Position numbers and translations under genes: made by a program. A model generated the notes under the pieces. The model was not told the DNA's origin. It did no database searches and saw nothing but the letters and a program-made list of their open reading frames with translations. A stretch of 64,000 nucleotides of DNA, taken from the NCBI RefSeq assembly GCF_040807025.1, contig NC_090973.1, positions 853,853 to 917,852 on the forward strand, given 5' to 3'. Shown piece by piece: positions 34,300 to 44,789 of the stretch; the first letter of the stretch is position 1, and the number at the start of each line of letters is the position of its first letter. The stretch comes from Struthio camelus (Eukaryota).

Positions 34300-36330
34300 C
34301 CCCCCCACGGCCTCCACGGCCTGCCCTGCGCCCGCCCAACATGGCCGCTGTAGTCTGGCCAACATGGCCACCTTGTGGCCTGCCCAACATGGCCGCCACG
34401 GCCAGCCCAATATGGCCACTGTGGGTCTGCCCAACATGGCCACCACGGCCTGCCCAATATGGCCTCCTTGTGGCCTGCCCAACATGGCCACTGTGGGTCT
34501 GCCCAACATGGCCACCATGGCCTGCCCAACATGGCCACCTTGTGGCCTGCCCAATGTGGCCACCATGGCCTGCCCAATATGGCCTCCTTGTGGCCCGCCC
34601 AACATGGCCGCTGTGGTCTGGCCAACATGGCCACCTTGTGGCCTGCCCAACATGGCCGCCACGGCCAGCCCAATATGGCCACTGTGGGTCTGCCCAACAT
34701 GGCCACCACGGCCTGCCCAATATGGCCTCCTTGTGGCCTGCCCAACATGGCCACTGTGGGTCTTCCCAACATGGCCACCATGGCCTGCCCAACATGGCCA
34801 CCTTGTGGCCTGCCCAACGTGGCCACCATGGCCTGCCCAATATGGCCTCCTTGTGGCCTTCCCAACATGGCCACTACAGCCGGCCCAACATGGCCTCCAT
34901 ACTCTGCCCAACATGGCTTGACCAACATGGCCACCATGCCCTGTCCAACATGGCCTCCATGATGTGCCCAACACGGCCGTCATGCCCTGCCCAACATGGC
35001 TTGACCAACATGGCCACCATGCCCTGTCCAACATGGCCTCCATGTCCTGCCCAACATGGCCGTCATGGCCTGCCCAACATGGCTTGACCAACATGGCCAC
35101 CATGCCCTGTCCAACATGGCCACCATGCCCTGCCCAACATGGCTTGACCAACATGGCCACCATGCCCTGTCCAACATGGCCACCATGACGTGTCCAACCA
35201 GGCCACCATGCCCTGCCCAACATGGCCGTCATGGCCTGCCCAACATGGCTTGACCAACATGGCCACCATGCCCTGTCCAACATGGCCGTCATGCCCTGCC
35301 CAACATGGCTTGACCAACATGGCCACCATGCCCTGTCCAACATGGCCTCCATGTCCTGCCCAACACGGCCGTCATGGCCTGCCCAACATGGCTTGACCAA
35401 CATGGCCACCATGTCCTGCCCAACATGGCCTCCATGTCCTGCCCAACATGGCCGTCATGGCCTGCCCAACATGGCTTGACCAACATGGCCACCATGTCCT
35501 GCCCAACATGGCCTCCATGTCCTGCCCAACATGGCCGTCATGGCCTGCCCAACATGGCTTGACCAACATGGCCACCATGCCCTGTCCAACATGGCCACCA
35601 TGTCCTGCCCAACATGGCTTGACCAACATGGCCACCATGCCCTGTCCTACATGGCCTCCATGTCCTACCCAACATGGCCGTTATGGCCTGCCCAACATGG
35701 CTTGACCAACATGGCCACCATGTCCTGCCCAACATGGCCACCAAGACGTGTCCAGCCAGGCCACCATGTCCTGCCCAACATGGCCGTCATGGCCTGCCCA
35801 ACATGGCTTGACCAACATGGCCACCATGCCCTGTCCAACATGGCCACCAAGACGTGTCCAACATGGCCACCATGCCCTGCCCCATATGGCCACCATGACC
35901 CACCCACAATGGCCACCTCCCCCATCATTCCCCCTGGGAGTCCCCCACCCCCTGGGTGCCCCCATCACCCCCTGGGTGCCCCCTACCCCCTTGGTGCCCC
36001 CCATCCCCCTTGGTGCCCCAAATCCCCCTTGGTGCCCCCTACCCCATGGGTGCCCCAAATCCCCCATGGGTGCCCCCACCCCGTGGGTGCCCCCAACCCT
36101 CTTGGATGACCCCATCCTTCTTCCTCCCCATCACCCCTTGGGTCCCCGCACCCATATTGCCCCCATCCCATGGGTGCCCCCACCCCATGGGTGCCCCCAC
36201 CCCATAGGTGCCCCAACTCCCCCGTGGGTGCCCCCCCACCCCTCTTGGATGACCCCATCCTTCCCCCCCCATCCCCCTTTGGGTTCCGCCACCCCCGGGT
36301 GCCCCCCACCCCTGGGTGCCCCCGGCCCCC
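34300..36330. repeat. 21-bp (CTGCCCAACATGGCCACCATGGC)n up to about 35880, then (GGGTGCCCCCACCCCAT)n
   Basis: SLC5A2 intron 9. Confidence 0.82.
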
Positions 36331-36355
36331 GCTGAGCGGCGGCGGCGGGGGGCAG

Positions 36356-36463
36356 GGGTGGTGGGCTGCGCTGACCCCCAGGGCTGCGGCCGGGCCTGCG
36401 GCTCGCCCGCCGGCTGCTCCAACCTGGCCTACCCCCGGCTCGTCGCCCGCCTCCTGCCCCCCG
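36356..36463 (+). CDS. SLC5A2: SLC5A2 exon 10: (G)[35 protein letters not shown]+g
   Basis: Matches [34 protein letters not shown]. Acceptor ggggggcag, donor GTACCG. Confidence 0.85.
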
Positions 36464-36469
36464 GTACCG

Positions 36470-38390
36470 CCGCCGGGCCGGGGTCGGGGTCGGGGTGTTG
36501 GGGGTGGCGGGGGTATTCAGGGTATCGGGGGTGTTGGTGAAGGGGGTGTTGGGGGTGTTGGGGGTGAAGGGTGCATTGGGGGTATCGGGGGTGTTGGGGG
36601 TGAAGGGAGTGTTGGGGGTGTTGGGGTGAAGGGGGTGTTGGGGGTATTGGGGGTGTTGGGGGTGCAGGGTGCATTGGGGGTATCAGGGGTGTTGGGGGTG
36701 TTGGGGGTGTTGGGGTGTTGGAGGTATTGGGAGTGTTGGAGGTATCAGGGGTGAAGGGGGTGTTGGGGGTGCAGGGTGCATTGGGGGTATCAGGGGTGTT
36801 GGGGGTGTTGGGGGTGAAGGGGGTATTCAGGGTATCAGGGGTGTTGGGGGTGTTGGAGGTATTGGGAGTGTTGGGGGTGAAGGGGGTGTTGGGGGTGAAG
36901 GGGGTGTTGGGGGTGTTGGGGGTATTGCGGGTATCAGGGGTGAAGGGGGTGTTGGGGGTGTTGGGGTGTTGGGGGTGCAGGGTGCATTGGGGGTATCAGG
37001 GGTGTTGGGGGTGTTGGTGTTGGGGTGAAGGGGGTGTTGGGGGTATCAGGGGTTTTGGGGTGTTGGGGGTGTTGGGGTGTTGGAGGTATTGGGAGTGTTG
37101 GGGGTATCAGGGGTGTTGGGGGTGTTGGGGTGAAGGAGGTGTTGGGGGTTTCGGGGTGAAGGGGGTGTTGGGGGTATTGGGGTGTTGGGGTGAAGGGTGC
37201 ATTGGGGGTATCAGGGGTGTTGGGGGTGTTGGTGTTGGGGGTGAAGGGGGTGTTGGGGGTATCAGGGGTTTTGGGGTGTTGGGGGTATCGGGGGTGTTGG
37301 GGTGTTGGGGGTGTTGGGGGTGAAGGGTGCATTGGGGGTATCAGGGGTGTTGGGGGTGTTGGGGGTGTTGGGGTGAAGGGGTGTTGGGGGTGTTGAGGGT
37401 GTTGGGGATATGGGGGGCATTTGGGGTGTATTGGGGGTATTTGGGGTATCAGGAGGTATTTTGGGGGTGTTTGGGGTATTGGAGGGCATTGGGGGTATCG
37501 GGGGTATTTGGGGGTATTGGGGGTATTGGCGTATCGGGGGTATCAGGTGGTATTTTGGGGGTATTTGGGATATTGGGGATATGGGGGGTATTTGGGGTTT
37601 ATTGGGGTATTGGGGGCATTTGGGGTATCAGGAGGTGTTTGGGGGTATTGGGGGTATTTGGGGTGTATTGGGGGTGTTGGGGGGTATTGGGGTATTTGGG
37701 GGGTATTGGGGGGGTATTGGGGGGTATAGGGGTATTTGGGGGGTATGGGGGTTGTTGGGGGTATTGGGTTATTTGGGGGGTATCGGGGTATTGGGGTATT
37801 GGGGGTGTATTGGGGGTGTTGGGGGTATTGGGTTATTTGGGGGGTATTGGGGCAGTATTGAGGTTTTGGGGGAGTATTTGGGGGTATGGGGGAGTATGGG
37901 GGTATTTGGGGGGTATTGGGGGGCTATTGGGGGTATTTGGGGGGTATTGGGGGTATTTGGGGGGTATTTGGGGAGTATTGGGGGTATGGGGGGTATTTGG
38001 GGTGTTTGAGGGGCTATTGGGGTATTTGGGGGGTATTGGGGGCTATTGGGGTATTTGGGGGATATTTGGGGGGTATTGGGGGGTATTGGGGGTATGGGGG
38101 GTATTTGGGGTGTTTGAGGGGGTATTGGGGTATTTGTGGGGTATTGGGGGGCTATTGGGGTATTTGGGGGGTATTTGGGGGTATTGGGGGTATTGGGGTA
38201 TTTGGGGGGTATTGGGGTATTTGGGGTGTTTGAGGGGTATTGGGGTATTTGGGGGGTATTTGGGGGTATTGGGGGGTATTGGGGTATTTGGGGGGTATTG
38301 GGGGTATGGGGGGTATTGGGGGGTACGGGGGGTGTCGGGGGGGTATCGGGGGGGTGTCGGGGGGGTACGGGGGGGCCGGGGCAGCGCTGA
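36470..38390. repeat. G/T-rich arrays (GGGGGTGTTGGGGGTGAAGG; GGGGTATTTGGGG), about 1.9 kb, with the G-strand on the SLC5A2 coding strand
   Basis: Contains TTGGGG units. SLC5A2 intron 10. Confidence 0.88.
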
Positions 38391-38402
38391 CGCCCGCCGC
38401 AG

Positions 38403-38553
38403 GCCTGCGGGGGCTGATGTTCGCCGTGGTCCTGGCCGCCCTCATGTCCTCGCTGGCCTCCATCTTCGCCAGCGCCGGGGCCCTCTTCACCCTCGACGTC
38501 TACCGGCGCCTGCGGCCCCGCGCCGGCTCCCGCGAGCTCCTGCTGGCCGGCAG
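38403..38553 (+). CDS. SLC5A2: SLC5A2 exon 11: (G)[49 protein letters not shown]+ag
   Basis: Matches [50 protein letters not shown]. Acceptor cgccgcag, donor GTGGGG. Confidence 0.92.
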
Positions 38554-38559
38554 GTGGGG

Positions 38560-39395
38560 CCCAGGTGTCCGGGGAAGGACCCAGGTGTCCGGGGGGGGGC
38601 CCAGGTGTCCGGGGGGGGGCCCAGGTGTCCGGGAAGGGCCCAGGCGTCCTGGAGGGGCCCAGGCGTCCGGGGTGCCCAGCTGTCTGGGAGGGGCCCAGGC
38701 GTCCGGGAGGGGCCCAGGTGTCCAGGAGGGACGCAGGTGTCCGGGAGGGGCCCAGGCGTCCGGGAGGGGCCCAGGTGTCCAGGAGGGACGCAGGTGTCCG
38801 GGAGGGGCCCAGGCGGCCGTGGGGGACCCAGGCGGCCAGGGAGGGACCCAGGTGTCCGGGAGGGACCCAGGTGTCCGGGGGGGCCCAGGTGTCCGGGAGG
38901 GGCCCAGGTGTCCAGGAGGGACCCAGGTGTCCGGGAGGGGCCCAGGCGGCCGTGGGGGACCCAGGCGGCCAGGGAGGGACCCAGGTGTCCGGGAGGGACC
39001 CAGGTGTCCGGGAGGGGCCCAGATGTCCGGGAGGGCCCAGGCGTCTGGGAGGGCCCAGGCGTCCGGGGGGAACCCAGGTGTCCGGGGGGGCCCAGGCGTC
39101 CGGGAGGGCCCAGGCATCCGGGGGGAACCCAGGTGTCCGGGGGGGACCCAGGAGTCCGGGAAGGGCCCAGGCGTCCTGGAGGGGCCCAGGTGTCCGGGAG
39201 GGACCCAGGCGGCCGGGGGGCCCAGGAGTCCGGGAGGGGCCCAGGCGGCCGGGAGGGGCCCAGGCGTCCAGGAGGGGCCCAGGTGTCCGGGGAAGGGCCC
39301 AGGCATCCAGGAGGGACCCAGGTGTCCGGGGAGGGGCCCAGGTGTCCGGGGAAGGGGCCCAGGCGTCCGGGCCGTGGGGGACCCAGGCGTCCGGG
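38560..39395. repeat. GGGCCCAGGCGTCCGGG arrays (G-strand orientation of the 18-bp core)
   Basis: SLC5A2 intron 11. Confidence 0.88.
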
Positions 39396-39400
39396 CGCAG

Positions 39401-39569
39401 GCTCTGGATCGGGGCGCTGGTGGGGCTCAGCCTGGCCTGGCTGCCGGTGGTGCGGGGGGCGCAGGGCGGGCGCCTCTTCGACTACATCCAGGCCGTGGCC
39501 AGTTACTTCGCGCCCCCCATCGCCGCCGTCTTCTTCCTCGCCGTCTTCGTGCCCCGCGTCAACGAGCCC
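39401..39569 (+). CDS. SLC5A2: SLC5A2 exon 12: (R)[56 protein letters not shown]
   Basis: Matches [56 protein letters not shown]. Acceptor gggcgcag, donor GTGAGT. Confidence 0.92.
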
Positions 39570-39589
39570 GTGAGTGACGGCGTCCGGGG

Positions 39590-41200
39590 CGGACCGAGGG
39601 GCCCAGGAGTCTGGGGAGGGGCCCAGGGGGCCCAGGCGTCCGGGGCAGACAGAGGGGACCCAGGCATCCGGAGCAAACTGAGGGGCCCAGGCGTCCGGGG
39701 CAGACCAAGGGGCCCAGGCGTCTGGCCAGGAAGGGACCCAGGTGTCCAGGCAGGAGGGGACCCAGGCGTCCGGGCGGGAAGGGGCCCAGGCGTCCGGGCG
39801 GGAGGGGACCCAGGCGTCCGGGCGGGAAGGGGCCCATGTGTCCGGGGCCGAGGGGACCCAGGCGTCCGGGCAGGAAGGGGCCCAGGTGTCCAGGCAGGAA
39901 GGGGCCCAGGCGTCCGGGCGGGAGGGGACCCAGGTGTCCAGGCAGGAAGGGACCCAGGTGTCCGGGCAGGAGGGGACCCAGGCGTCTGGGCAGGAAGGGA
40001 CCCAGGTGTCCGGGGCCGAGGGGACCCAGGCGTCCGGGCAGGAAGGGGCCCAGGTGTCCGGGCAGGAGGGGACCCAGGTGTCCGGGCGGGAAGGGGCCCA
40101 TGTGTCCGGGGCCGAGGGGACCCAGGCGTCCGGGCAGGAAGGGGCCCAGGTGTCCAGGCAGGAAGGGACCCAGGTGTCCGGGCAGGAAGGGGCCCAGGTG
40201 TCCGGGCAGGAGGGGACCCAGGTGTCCGGGCGGGAAGGGGCCCATGTGTCCGGGGCCGAGGGGACCCAGGCGTCCGGGCAGGAAGGGGCCCAGGCGTCCG
40301 GGGCCGAGGGGACCCAGGCGTCAGGGCGGGAAGGGACCCAGGTGTCCAGGCAGGAGGGGACCCAGGCGTCCAGGCAGGAAGGGGCCCAGGCGTCCGGGGC
40401 CGAGGGGACCCAGGCGTCCGGGCAGGTGGGGACCCAGGCGTCCAGGCAGGAGGGGACCCAGGCGTCCAGGCAGGAAGGGGCCCAGGCGTCCGGGGCCGAG
40501 GGGACCCAGGCGTCCGGGCAGGTGGGGACCCAGGCGTCCAGGCAGGAAGGGGCCCAGGTGTCCGGGGCCGAGGGGACCCAGGCGTCCGGGCGGGAAGGGG
40601 CCCAGGCGTCCGGGGCCGAGGGGACCCAGGCGTCCGGTCGGGAAGGGGCCCAGGCGTCCGGGGCCGAGGGGACCCAGGCGTCCGGGCAGAAGGGGACCCA
40701 GGCGTCCGGGCAGGAAGGGGCCCAGGTGTCCAGGCAGGAAGGGACCCAGGTGTCCGGGCAGGAAGGGGCCCAGGCGTCCAGGCAGGAGGGGACCCAGGCG
40801 TCCGGGCAGCAAGGGGCCCAGGTGTCCGGGCAGGAAGGGACCCAGGCGTCCGGGCAGCAAGGGGCCCAGGCGTCCGGGGCCAAGGGGACCCAGGCGTCCG
40901 GGCTGAGGGGACCCAGGTGTCTGGGCAGGCCAAGGGGCCCAGGCGTCCGGGCGGGAAGGGGCCCAGGTGTCCGGGGCCTAGGGGACCCAGGTGTCCGGGC
41001 AGGAAGGGGCCCAGGCGTCCGGGCGGGAAGGGGCCCAGGCGTCCGGGGCCAAGGGGACCCAGGCGTCCGGGCGGGAAGGGGCCCAGGCGTCCGGGGCCGA
41101 GGGGACCCAGGCGTCCGGGCAGAAGGGGACCCAGGCGTCCGGGCGGGAAGGGGCCCAGGCGTCCGGGGCCGAGGGGACCCAGGCGTCCGGGCGCTGCCCT
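39590..41200. repeat. ~40-bp units (GGGCAGGAAGGGGCCCAGGTGTCCGGGCAGGAGGGGACCCAGGCGTCC)
   Basis: SLC5A2 intron 12. Confidence 0.88.
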
Positions 41201-41210
41201 CGCCCCGCAG

Positions 41211-41426
41211 GGCGCCTTCTGGGGGCTGCTGGGGGGGCTGGCGCTGGGCCTGGCCCGGATGGTGCCCGAGTTCGCCCTGGGCCCGGACTCGTGCGGGGCC
41301 CCCGGCCGCTGCCCCCCCCTCGTCTGCGGCCTCCACTACCTGCACTTCGCCATCGGCCTCTTCCTCGCCACCGGCCTCCTCGTCGTCGCCGTCTCCCTCT
41401 GCCACCCGCCCATCCCCCGGCACCAT
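41211..41426 (+). CDS. SLC5A2: SLC5A2 exon 13: [72 protein letters not shown]
   Basis: Matches [72 protein letters not shown]. Acceptor cgccccgcag, donor GTGAGA. Confidence 0.9.
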
Positions 41427-41439
41427 GTGAGAGGGGGCC

Positions 41440-42790
41440 CAGGCGGCCGGGAGGGGCCCAGGCGGCCGGGGGTGGTGAAAGGGGCCCAGGCGTCCGGGGA
41501 GACACCTGAGGGGCCCAGGCGTCCGGGGTGGTGAGAGGGGCCCAGGCGTCTGGGGAGACCCCTGAGGGGCCCAGGCGTCCAGGGTGGCAGGAGGGACCCA
41601 GGTGTCCGAGTAGGAAGGGGCCCAGGCGGCCGGGGGTGGTGAGAGGTGCCCAGGCGTCTGGGGAGATGGAGGGGCCCAGGCGTCCGGGGAGACCCCTGAG
41701 GGGCCCAGGTGTCTGGGGGTGGTGAGAGGGGCCCAGGCGTCCGGGGAGACCCCTGAGGGGCCCAGGCGTCCGGGGTGGCAGGAGGGACCCAGGTGTCCGA
41801 GTAGGAAGGGGCCCAGGCGGCCAGGGGTGGTGAGAGGGGCCCAGGCATCCAGGGAGATGGAGGGACCCAGGCGTCCGGGGAGACCCCTGAGGGGCCCAGG
41901 CATCTGGGGTTGGTGGGAGGGGCCCAGGCGTCCGGGGAGACCCCTGAGGGGCCCAGGTGTCCGGGGGTGGTGAGAGGGGCCCAGGCATCCAGGGAGAGCC
42001 CTGAGGGACCCAGGCATCTGGGGAGATAGAGGGGCCCAGGTGGTCGGGGAGACCCCTGAGGGGCCCAGGCATCCGGGGTTGTTGGGAGGGGCCCAGGCAT
42101 CCGGGGAGATGGAGGGACCCAGGCGTCCGGGGAGACCCCTGAGGGGCCCAGGTGTCTGGGAGTGGTGAGAGGGGCCCAGGCGTCCGGGGAGAGCCCTGAG
42201 GGGCCCAGGTGTCCAGGGTGGCGGGAGGGACCCAGGTGTCCGAGTAGGATGGGGCCCAGGTGTCCGGGGGTGGTGAGAGGGGCCCAGGCGTTCGGGGAGA
42301 CCCCTGAGGGGCCCAGGTGTCCGGGGAGATGGAGGGGCCCAGGCGTCCGGGGAGACCCCTGAGGGGCCCAGGCATCCGGGGTTGTTGGGAGGGGCCCAGG
42401 CATCCGGGGAGATGGAGGGACCCAGGCAGCCGGGGAGACCTCTGAGGGGCCCAGGCGTCCGGGGTGGTGAGAGGGGCCCAGGCGTCCGGGAAGACCCCTG
42501 AGGGGCCCAGGTGTCTGGGGGTGGTGAGAGGGGCCCAGGCGTCCGGGGAGAGCCCTGAGGGACCCAGACGTCCGAGGAGATGGAGGGGCCCAGGCGTCCG
42601 GGGTGGCCCCTGAGGGGCCCAGGCGTCCGGGAAGACCCCTGAGGGGCCCAGGTGTCTGGGGGTGGTGAGAGGGGCCCAGGCGTCCGGGGAGAGCCCTGAG
42701 GGACCCAGACGTCCGAGGAGATGGAGGGGCCCAGGCGTCCGGGGTGGCCCCTGAGGGGCCCAGGCGTCCGGGCGCAGGGACCCAGGCGTC
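41440..42790. repeat. ~100-bp units built from GGGGCCCAGGCGTCCGGGGAGACCCCTGAG plus GGTGGTGAGAGG
   Basis: SLC5A2 intron 13. Confidence 0.85.
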
Positions 42791-42802
42791 CGGGCCCCCC
42801 AG

Positions 42803-42884
42803 CTCCACCGCCTGGTGTTCAGCCTCCGCCACAGCCGGGAGCCGCGAGTCGACCTCGACCAGGAGCCGCCGGTCCAGCTCCAGG
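42803..42884 (+). CDS. SLC5A2: SLC5A2 exon 14: [27 protein letters not shown]+g
   Basis: SGLT2-specific [24 protein letters not shown]. Acceptor gggccccccag, donor GTAGGG. Confidence 0.8.
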
Positions 42885-42889
42885 GTAGG

Positions 42890-44330
42890 GGCCCAGGCGT
42901 CCGGGAGGGGCCCAGGCGTCCAGGGAAGGGCCCAGGCATCCAGGAGGGACCCAGGTGTCCAGGAGGGGCCCAGGTGTCCGGGAGGGACCCAGGTGTCCGG
43001 GAAGGGGCCCAGGTGTCCAGGAGGGACCCAGGCGTCCGGGAAGGGACCCAGGTGTCCGGGAAGGGCCCAGGCATCCGGGAGGGAACCAGGTGACCGGGAG
43101 GGACCCAGGCGTCCGGGGAGGGGCCCAGGTGTCCAGGAGGGACCCAGGCGTCCGGGAAGGGACCCAGGTGTCCGGGAAGGGCCCAGGCATCCGGGAGGGA
43201 ACCAGGTGACCGGGAGGGACCCAGGCGTCCGGGAAGGGGCCCAGGTGACCGGGAAGGGCCCAGGCATCCGGGAGGGAACCAGGTGTCTGGAAAGGGCCCA
43301 GGCGTCCGGGAGGGGCCCAGGTGTTCAGGGAGGGACCCAGGAGTCCGGGGAGGGACCCAGGCGTCCGGGAGGGACCCAGGAGTCTGGGAAGGGCCCAGGC
43401 GTCCGGGGAAGGGCCCAGGCATCCAGGAGGGACCCAGGTGTCCAGGAGGGGCCCAGGTGTCCGGGAGGGACCCAGGTGTCCGGGAAGGGGCCCAGGTGTC
43501 CAGGAGGGACCCAGGCGTCCGGGAAGGGACCCAGGTGTCCGGGAAGGGCCCAGGCATCCGGGAGGGAACCAGGTGACCGGGAGGGACCCAGGCGTCCGGG
43601 GAGGGGCCCAGGTGTCCAGGAGGGACCCAGGCGTCCGGGGAGGGACCCAGGTGTCCGGGAGGGACCCAGGCGTCCGGGAGGGCCCAGGCGTCCGGGAGGG
43701 ACCCAGGCGTCCGGGGGGGGCCCAGGCGTCCGGGAAGGACCCAGGCATCCGGGGAGGGACCCAGGTGTCCGGAAAGGGCCCAGGCGTCCGGGAGGGGCCC
43801 AGGTGTTCAGGGAGGGACCCAGGAGTCCGGGGAGGGACCCAGGCGTCCGGGAGGGGCCCAGGCATCTGGGAAGGGCCCAGGCGTCCGGGAGGGGCCCAGG
43901 CATCCTGGAGGGGCCCAGGAGTCCGGGAAGGGCCCAGGCATCTGGGAAGGGCCCAGGAGTCCGGGAGGGGCCCAGGCGTCCGGGAAGGGACCCAGGCGTC
44001 CGGGAGGGGCCCAGGTGTTCAGGGAGGGACCCAGGAGTCCGGGGAGGGACCCAGGCGTCCGGGAGGGGCCCAGGCATCTGGGAAGGGCCCAGGCGTCCGG
44101 GAGGGGCCCAGGCATCCTGGAGGGGCCCAGGAGTCCGGGAAGGGCCCAGGCATCTGGGAAGGGCCCAGGAGTCCGGGAGGGGCCCAGGCGTCCGGGAAGG
44201 GACCCAGGCGTCCGGGAAGGGACCCAGGTGTCCGGGAGGGGCCCAGGCGTCCGGGGGGGGCCCAGGCGTCTGGGAAGGACCCAGGTGTCCGGGGGGGCCC
44301 AGGAGTCCGGGAAGGGCCCAGGCGTCCGGG
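42890..44330. repeat. ~20-bp units GGGCCCAGGCGTCCGGGAGG
   Basis: SLC5A2 intron 14. Confidence 0.88.
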
Positions 44331-44403
44331 ACAGCAGCTGAAACGACCCCTTCCTTCCCCCTCCTCCCCCCCCCCCGCCCCCCCCACCCCCAACAACCGC
44401 CAG

Positions 44404-44543
44404 ACCTGGAGGCGGAGCCCCGGCCGGCCCCGCCCCCCGCCTCGGCCCCGCCCCCGGAGGCCCCGGCCTGGCGCCGCCTCGTCGACCTCAACGCCGTGGC
44501 CATGATGGCCGCCGCCGTCTTCCTCTGGGCCTATTTCGCCTGA
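44404..44543 (+). CDS. SLC5A2: SLC5A2 exon 15 (stop TGA at 44541-44543): (D)LEAEPRPAPPPASAPPPEAPAWRRLVDLNAVAMMAAAVFLWAYFA*
   Basis: Matches the SGLT2 C-terminus [25 protein letters not shown]. Acceptor aaccgccag. Summed CDS is 1818 nt with every exon phase consistent. The C-terminal loop is about 65 aa shorter than human, so an additional small exon in intron 14 cannot be excluded. Confidence 0.75.
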
Positions 44544-44636
44544 ATCGGCCCCGAAAACCGGCGACCCGACCCCCCCCCCCGCCAAAAAAAGCCACCACTC
44601 TCCGTTTTGCCCGTTTCCGCCCCGTTTGGCGGGGCC

Positions 44637-44642
44637 GCTTTA
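44637..44642 (-). other. RUSF1: RUSF1 polyadenylation hexamer ATTAAA overlapping the stop codon, followed on the minus strand by a T7 run
   Basis: Minus strand reads cATTAAAgcggcc...ggcTTTTTTTggcg. Implies a very short 3' UTR that runs toward the SLC5A2 stop at 44543. Confidence 0.4.
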
Positions 44643-44764
44643 ATGGGCGGGGCGGGGCGGGGGGCGGGGCGAGGAGGCCCCGCCCCCCGGCCCCGCCCAC
44701 TCCAGCCGCCACTCGTCCGCCCCCACGTGGTGCCGCTCCGTGAGCCAACCGGCGGCCGCCAGCC
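44640..44764 (-). CDS. RUSF1: RUSF1 last exon (stop TAA at 44642-44640): (G)LAAAGWLTERHHVGADEWRLEWAGPGGGASSPRPPPRPAH*
   Basis: Matches human LQDAGWKTEKHQLEVDEWRATW. Acceptor cccccccccgcag. The stop codon is embedded in an ATTAAA hexamer. Confidence 0.75.
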
Positions 44765-44789
44765 CTGCGGGGGGGGGGGGGCGGTGGGG

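Noticed and set aside
42744-44543. 599-aa ORF reported as a single frame ending at the SLC5A2 stop
   Set aside because: Only the last 46 codons (44404-44543) align to SGLT2. Upstream it reads GPGVREGPR satellite in-frame by chance. The real exon begins at the aaccgccag acceptor.
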